NCBI GenBank assembly: GCA_036517175.1
Contig: DATDXQ010000028.1
Location: 2,113-66,112 of the forward strand
DNA: 64,000 bases
Source: Minisyncoccota bacterium
GTDB taxonomy: Bacteria > Patescibacteriota > Minisyncoccia > 2-02-FULL-40-12 > IGHO2-01-FULL-4-A
Direction of reading: 5' to 3'
Position 1 is the first letter of the stretch; each line of letters opens with the position of its first letter. Of this stretch, positions 59,009 to 64,000 are shown piece by piece. The position numbers were made by a program, and so were the translations under genes. The notes under the pieces were generated by a model. It was not told the origin of the DNA. It ran no database searches and saw only the letters and a list, made by a program, of their open reading frames with translations.

Positions 59009-59472
59009 CCGTATATATTTGTTGGTGAAGTCTCAAGCAGTAGGTCGCAATCTCTGCATACTAATCCGAATCCGCAACCTTGCCCGATTTCTTCAACCCT
59101 CTTTTCGTTTGAATGAGAACAACTTTTCTGTTTCCTTGTGAGTCCAGTCTTACCTTTGGCCTTTTTTCCTTCGACTACTTTGATAGAAAAACTGTGCTTA
59201 TACCGTTTCCCGCTACGATGAGCAGATTCTGTGAAAATTATCTTTGTACCCAGCGGGATTTTATCTAAAAAATTACTCGACTTTTCTATCTTCTCTGGTA
59301 TCAGGCAACTTTTGCCTTTCCTTGTTTCGACCTTACCGTGAGTAGACCATTTCTCATTAACAACGCCATTAACTACGAATTGTGTTGGAGTACGATTCGG
59401 TTCTGTTTTCTCCAGAACTCCTGTAGCAGTATATGTATACCATCCATCTATAGCATCTTTTCGTTTAGCCAT
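59005..59472 (-). CDS. Hypothetical cargo protein with C-terminal C.H..CxxC
   Basis: AAGGAG RBS, TAATG coupling to the upstream gene. Confidence 0.65.
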   Translation of the reverse strand: MAKRKDAIDGWYTYTATGVLEKTEPNRTPTQFVVNGVVNEKWSTHGKVETRKGKSCLIPEKIEKSSNFLDKIPLGTKIIFTESAHRSGKRYKHSFSIKVVEGKKAKGKTGLTRKQKSCSHSNEKRVEEIGQGCGFGLVCRDCDLLLETSPTNIYG

Positions 59473-59774
59473 TACTTAAGTTCTCCTTTCGGCACATCTT
59501 CCGTCAACACAACAGTTGTCACTAATCCTAAGCCACTATTGAATTTCCAGTTTTGACCATCCCAATCCATACCATGGTCGAAAGTATCAGTAAATAATCT
59601 TCCTTTCTTAACTCCGATAGCATCACTGCCATCTTCGTAAGATACCAGGCCATAGCCAGTGTTTTTGTAGGCGAACTTATCGCCTGGCTTTAGATTCTTT
59701 AGCCGTTTTAGACGGTCTTCAGGAGTTAATGCGATTGAAACCGCTTTATTCTGCTTAGTCTTTTTTGCCATCAT
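59472..59774 (-). CDS. Hypothetical cargo protein
   Basis: GAGGTG RBS; coupled to the downstream gene. Confidence 0.6.
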   Translation of the reverse strand: MMAKKTKQNKAVSIALTPEDRLKRLKNLKPGDKFAYKNTGYGLVSYEDGSDAIGVKKGRLFTDTFDHGMDWDGQNWKFNSGLGLVTTVVLTEDVPKGELK

Positions 59775-59943
59775 TCACCTCTAAGTTGAATAAGGACTGG
59801 AAAGATATTAGCAAACAAGGGGTTCCAAATCAATGTCCCCGATGTCATTCACGACATTCGCTAAGCATGCTCCGCATACAACTTGTTGTTGTGCGGGGTT
59901 CGCCAAGTTTTACAATGTCCCAGAAATGTACTAATCTTTTGAA

Positions 59944-60402
59944 ATGGATTTTGAATATTTTAACTCAAGGAAAGAAAAAGTCCGAGAAACTTACAATAAA
60001 CAAAAGGCTATTTTCTGTCCCTTTCTTCAGGCTCAGGTTGTTTTAAACTCAGATGGATTTCATCACTTACAATTCTCCGATAGAAGAGAGCGAGGCAAAG
60101 AAGAGCAACTATTAAAATTTAATCTATTACCTCTGGCGCTCGATATTATTAAAAAATCAGGAACGCTTCAGGAATACAGAAAGGAACCGGTTAGAATCGG
60201 GCGCACATCAAAAGACGGTTTTTCTACAACTAAAATCGCTGAATATTTTGGATTCGTAGCCATAGTCGGAGAAAAGAAAATTAAGATAAGGGTTATTGTG
60301 AGACGAATCGGCGATGGGAATTTTAGCTTTTGGAGTGTAATGCCAGACAGTAAGCTGAAAGGCGGTCAAAGATTATATGATTACGGAATCGAAGATAATT
60401 AA
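59944..60402 (+). CDS. Hypothetical protein, possible BECR/RelE-like nuclease fold
   Basis: CP.L...V.LN..GF.HL....R...EQ..K..LLP..II...QEYR..YFGF.AIV..IRVIVR..G.G..FWSVMP pattern; fold is inferred. Confidence 0.6.
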   Translation: MDFEYFNSRKEKVRETYNKQKAIFCPFLQAQVVLNSDGFHHLQFSDRRERGKEEQLLKFNLLPLALDIIKKSGTLQEYRKEPVRIGRTSKDGFSTTKIAEYFGFVAIVGEKKIKIRVIVRRIGDGNFSFWSVMPDSKLKGGQRLYDYGIEDN

Positions 60403-60403
60403 A

Positions 60404-60435
60404 ACTAAAAAACGCCCCATGAGGCGTTTTTTAGT
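60404..60435. terminator. Bidirectional intrinsic terminator
   Basis: ACTAAAAAACGCC-CCATGA-GGCGTTTTTTAGT. Confidence 0.8.
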
Positions 60436-60495
60436 GTGCCTGTCTTCAGCTTTGGAAATCCTTAGCTGAACGGGGCTTGCGCCCACAAGCACGAT
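60404..60495 (-). ncRNA. Candidate small three-way-junction RNA
   Basis: P1 GUGCUUGU/ACAGGCAC, P2 GGGC-GCAA-GCCC, P3 UUCAGCU/AGCUGAA; promoter TTGCTT-N18-TACATT with a TG extended -10. Confidence 0.6.
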
Positions 60496-60585
60496 GTAAA
60501 TGTAGCATACTTTAGTTAAAAAAAGCAAGTCCTGTTGATAATTCTATGAAAAACAGGAGATTTCTCTCCTGTTTCTCCTGCTCTG

Positions 60586-60658
60586 TTGCGGGGGCAGGAT
60601 TTGAACCTGCGATCTTTGGGTTATGAGCCCAACGAGATGACCACTTCTCCACCCCGCG
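60586..60658 (-). tRNA. tRNA-fMet (CAT), initiator; CCA not encoded
   Basis: CGCGGGGTGGAGAAGTGGTCATCTCGTTGGGCTCATAACCCAAAGATCGCAGGTTCAAATCCTGCCCCCGCAA: C1:A72 mismatch, three G-C pairs in the anticodon stem. Confidence 0.97.
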
Positions 60659-60715
60659 ATAATGTTTTATAAATTAAAAACTAATTGAAATCATAACAAA
60701 TTAAGACCAAAAAGC

Positions 60716-60746
60716 AAACTGACCAGGCTTAAAACCTGGTCAGTTT
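60716..60746. terminator. Terminator hairpin downstream of nrdJ
   Basis: AAACTGACCAGG-CTTAAAA-CCTGGTCAGTTT. Confidence 0.7.
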
Positions 60747-60769
60747 AGAATAAATATATAAGACAAGAG

Positions 60770-63640
60770 TTAATTACAGACCCCGGTAGTTGCAAAACAA
60801 TTCGGGCAAGTATAACAGGATCCTGCCTTGAACATCATAGTACCGCATTCACAAACAGGAGCATCCGTGTGAGCATCCTCACCAGGGCTAGAATCCCATG
60901 CAGACGCGGCACTCGCGACAACATCTTCTCGGCCACCACGCACCAACTCAACTAGAGGAGAACTTTCTTTTTCTTCCAAAACAGGAATCATAGAAGTATT
61001 TTCAACGTGAGCGACACCAAAAATATCCTCCCGATCTTCCCTAGAAAGGAATCTGGTACCGAGATATCTGAAAATGTAATCCATAAATGATTTAGCAAAA
61101 GGTATTTCAGAATTACTTGTAATACCTGATGGCTCAAAACGCAGATCTTTAAACTTCCTAACCAACGTCTTCAAAGGGATACCAGACTGTAAACACATCG
61201 AGGTAAGCGTTGCAATAACATCAAACAAGCCAGATATCGTACTCCCCTCCTTCGCTATGGTTATAAAAGTCTCACCGGGCTTCTTGCTCTCTGGATAAAG
61301 ACCGACTGTCAGGTACCCCTCATGATTGCCTATAGAAAACTTGTGAGTTATCGAAGGTCTCTCATCAGGAAGTTTAATCCTAGTATGTCCGTTGACTTTC
61401 TCCACCAGACCGCTCTTGGCAAGTTTGGCAACCTCTTCTTTGTTTTTATCTTCAGAAGAAGTATTCAAAGGCTGAACACTCTTGCAACCATCTCGATAAA
61501 CGGCGACCGCCTTTAGACCGTACTTCCACGACTGCACAAAGGCATCACGAATATCTTCTTTAGTAGCCTCGTTGGGTAAGTTAACGGTTTTTGAAATAGC
61601 ACCAGAAATAAATGGCTGAGCAGCACCCATCATTTTAATATGTCCCATATAACTTATGCTTCTTTTGCCATTAAAAGCCTTGAATGAACAATCAAAAACG
61701 TCCAGGTCTGTATCCTTCAAGTGAGGCGCCCCCTCTATAGTTTCCTTGTCCAACAGATATGAATTAATGTCAGATATCTGCTCCTCAGAATAACCTAGCT
61801 TTCTTAGCGCTGGAGGAACCTGATTATTTACCAACTTAAGAGTTCCACCTCCAACAAGTTTCTTGTATTTAACTAAAGCCAGCTCAGGTTCAATCCCAGT
61901 AGTATCACAATCCATTAGAAATGCTATGGTGCCTGTCGGAGCCAAAACAGTAGCCTGGGAATTTCGGAAACCATTTCTCAAGCCAAGATCCACCGCTTCT
62001 CTCCAAACACCAACAGATTCTTTAAACAAATCCCGATGAGCCGAAAGCATTTTGTCGCTAGAATCACTAAAATGACCAATTAATCTACTGGCAACCAGGC
62101 CATGCTTCCTCATAACAGAAATCATAGGTTCCTTATTGATCTCATAGCCAGCAAATGGCCCGACAACTCCTGCCAACCTTGCGGACATTTTATACGCCTG
62201 ACCACACATAAGTGAAGTAATTGATCCCGCTATCGCCCTACCGTTATCAGAATCGTATGGCAAACCCATATTCATAAGTAAGCTTCCGAGGTTAGCATAA
62301 CCAAGACCAAGTTCTCTAAAATTAATCGCATTTTCAGTTATTTTAGGGGTTGGGTAAGATGAGTTACCAACAATTATCTCTTGGGCTGTTATTACAACGT
62401 CAACTGCCTTTTTAAAACCATCCACGTCAAAAGATCCATCCGCCATCAAAAACTTGAGTAGATTAAGTGATGCCAGATTGCAGGCGCTGTTGTCCAAATG
62501 CATATATTCTGAGCAGGGATTGGATGCGTTTATCCGACCACTATTGGGACATGTATGCCAATCATTTATAGTAGTATCAAACTGCATGCCGGGATCAGCA
62601 GAACTCCATGCGGCATCCGCTATCCAATCCATAACTTCTCTGGCTTTTAACTTTTCGAGTGACTGGCCACTGACGACAGCCCGTAGATCCCAATCTCCAT
62701 CAGCTTCTACACCCTTCATAAAATCATCAGTTACTCTTACAGAATTATTCGCATTTTGATAAGGCAACAATGTATAGGAATTAAAAAGCTCTCCCTCGAT
62801 AGAAGCCTTCATTCCGCTGGCACTGAGAACCTTGGCCATATCTTCTATTATCTTTTTACAATAAATAAAGTCTTTTATATCCGGATGATCTACATTTAAA
62901 ACAACCATCTTGGCCGCACGGCGAGTCGTGCCGCCAGAACGTATGCTATTGGCAACTCCGTCTGCTCCTTTCATGAATGAAACTGGACCAGAAGACCTAC
63001 CACCGCGAGAAAGAGGTTCGCGTGAGGAACGCAAATTGGACAAATTAATACCAGAACCGGAACCAAACTTAAAAATCCAACCCTCGTCACGATACCATTC
63101 CAATATTGATTGCATGTTATCCTCAACAGCCAAGATAAAACAAGCACTACATTGTGGCCTCTCATATACTCCGACATTAAACCAGACCGGACTGTTGAAA
63201 GCAAAAAACTGATTTATGAGTAAGAACCTAAGATCTTGCTTGAAGTTTTCGCAATCAGCCGCAGACGCAAAGTATCCGTCTTTCATACCCCAACCAGCTA
63301 TCGTAAGTGCGACCCGATCAATCATCTGACGAGCGCTCTGCTCTCTACCTGGAGTTCCTAGTTGTCCACGGAAATACTTTGAAGCAACAATATCAGTAGC
63401 GGTCTGACTCCAGAAATCAGGGACCTCAACCCCAGTCTGTTCAAATACAACCTCACCATTGCCCTTAGTAATCCTGGCAGTTCTTTTTTCCCAATTTATT
63501 GCATCATAGGGATCACCCACGCCAAAAAATCTAGTCCACCTCAAACCTGCAGTTTCGTGAAACTTACCATTGCCAACAACTGCGTCACTATCTATTAATT
63601 GCTCTAGTTCTTCACTTCGAATTGGGTATAGATTTGTCAT
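60770..63640 (-). CDS. nrdJ: Vitamin B12-dependent class II ribonucleotide reductase with C-terminal TSCPD/Zn-ribbon region
   Basis: FNSPVWFN, QCSACFI, GGTTRRAAKM, SNPCSEY, ACNLAS, APTGTI, SGAISKT, YRDG, C-terminal Cys ribbon. Confidence 0.96.
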   Translation of the reverse strand: MTNLYPIRSEELEQLIDSDAVVGNGKFHETAGLRWTRFFGVGDPYDAINWEKRTARITKGNGEVVFEQTGVEVPDFWSQTATDIVASKYFRGQLGTPGREQSARQMIDRVALTIAGWGMKDGYFASAADCENFKQDLRFLLINQFFAFNSPVWFNVGVYERPQCSACFILAVEDNMQSILEWYRDEGWIFKFGSGSGINLSNLRSSREPLSRGGRSSGPVSFMKGADGVANSIRSGGTTRRAAKMVVLNVDHPDIKDFIYCKKIIEDMAKVLSASGMKASIEGELFNSYTLLPYQNANNSVRVTDDFMKGVEADGDWDLRAVVSGQSLEKLKAREVMDWIADAAWSSADPGMQFDTTINDWHTCPNSGRINASNPCSEYMHLDNSACNLASLNLLKFLMADGSFDVDGFKKAVDVVITAQEIIVGNSSYPTPKITENAINFRELGLGYANLGSLLMNMGLPYDSDNGRAIAGSITSLMCGQAYKMSARLAGVVGPFAGYEINKEPMISVMRKHGLVASRLIGHFSDSSDKMLSAHRDLFKESVGVWREAVDLGLRNGFRNSQATVLAPTGTIAFLMDCDTTGIEPELALVKYKKLVGGGTLKLVNNQVPPALRKLGYSEEQISDINSYLLDKETIEGAPHLKDTDLDVFDCSFKAFNGKRSISYMGHIKMMGAAQPFISGAISKTVNLPNEATKEDIRDAFVQSWKYGLKAVAVYRDGCKSVQPLNTSSEDKNKEEVAKLAKSGLVEKVNGHTRIKLPDERPSITHKFSIGNHEGYLTVGLYPESKKPGETFITIAKEGSTISGLFDVIATLTSMCLQSGIPLKTLVRKFKDLRFEPSGITSNSEIPFAKSFMDYIFRYLGTRFLSREDREDIFGVAHVENTSMIPVLEEKESSPLVELVRGGREDVVASAASAWDSSPGEDAHTDAPVCECGTMMFKAGSCYTCPNCFATTGVCN

Positions 63641-63790
63641 AAACTATGCATGATTTAGTTAAAACAAACTCGCCATAAAAGCGAGTTAGCTCACACGACC
63701 ACACGGATTGTGTGAAGCACTGATCATGCTTTAATTCTAGACACAAGATGGAAGAGTGCAAGTAGACAAAGTTGTGGATAACTCTGTCAA

Positions 63791-63825
63791 AAAACAAAAC
63801 CCCGCTGTTAGCGGGGTTTTGTTTT
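63791..63825. terminator. Intrinsic terminator after ftsZ
   Basis: AAAACAAAACCCCGCT-GTT-AGCGGGGTTTTGTTTT. Confidence 0.8.
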
Positions 63826-63844
63826 GAATAATTACTATTTTAAT

Positions 63845-64000
63845 TTACTTCATTTTCCTTCTTATAAAAGCAGGTATATCAAATTCTGTATCATCTAGAG
63901 TGCCGTCTATTATTTCCTTAGGCTCAGAAGATCTATATTCTTCTTTGTGCTTCAACTCCCCGTTACCTATGCTTGGTGTATCATCAAACATAGTTGATAC
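63845..64000 (-). CDS. ftsZ: Cell division protein FtsZ, C-terminal end (partial; not in ORF track)
   Basis: Acidic linker ending in the conserved core peptide EFDIPAFIRRKMK*. Confidence 0.85.
   Translation of the reverse strand, partial: VSTMFDDTPSIGNGELKHKEEYRSSEPKEIIDGTLDDTEFDIPAFIRRKMK

Larger units (their letters stand above)
52382..60603. mobile_element. Tandem array of att-bounded cassettes at tRNA-fMet (no integrase in window)
   Basis: Nine junction reading-frame remnants in two families, most starting at a GTTGC-like tRNA core; 20-bp direct repeat of the tRNA 3' end; terminator + cargo + promoter in most units. Confidence 0.7.

Noticed and set aside
60770-63640. Intein or intron in nrdJ
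   Set aside because: Continuous RNR motifs, with no intein splice motifs or LAGLIDADG block seen
63641-63790. Cobalamin riboswitch or NrdR boxes upstream of nrdJ
   Set aside because: No B12-box consensus; only weak partial NrdR-like matches and small hairpins

Overview
AT-rich, gene-dense bacterial window read with the standard code. It is most likely from a Patescibacteria (CPR, Parcubacteria-like) genome; this is inferred from gene content, apparently leaderless genes and REP-like palindromes. (1) 1-29.8 kb is a surface-glycan locus: a NeuB/NeuA ulosonic-acid-type cluster, Gmd, a sugar C-methyltransferase, seven GT4 enzymes, GT2 enzymes and GT-C membrane glycosyltransferases. (2) 29.8-38.1 kb holds secreted Ser/Thr/Pro-rich proteins, a TMTC-like TPR glycosyltransferase and a 1205-aa S-layer-like protein. 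(3) 39-51 kb holds accessory and housekeeping genes (lipase/propeller pair, GH1, dut, trxB and others). (4) About 51.8-60.6 kb is the most unusual part: an integrase-free tandem array of small cassettes ending at tRNA-fMet. The junctions mostly begin with the tRNA 3'-end core (GTTGC..) and continue into one of two families of short, start-less reading frames conserved at the amino-acid level, which look like orphaned recombinase C-terminal tails. Most are followed by a terminator, minus-strand cargo and a palindromic promoter. Cargo includes several candidate structured ncRNAs and a nuclease-like ORF convergent with a small RNA. (5) Class II ribonucleotide reductase nrdJ and the 3' end of ftsZ close the window. 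All calls come from reading the sequence by eye; no database searches or folding programs were run.
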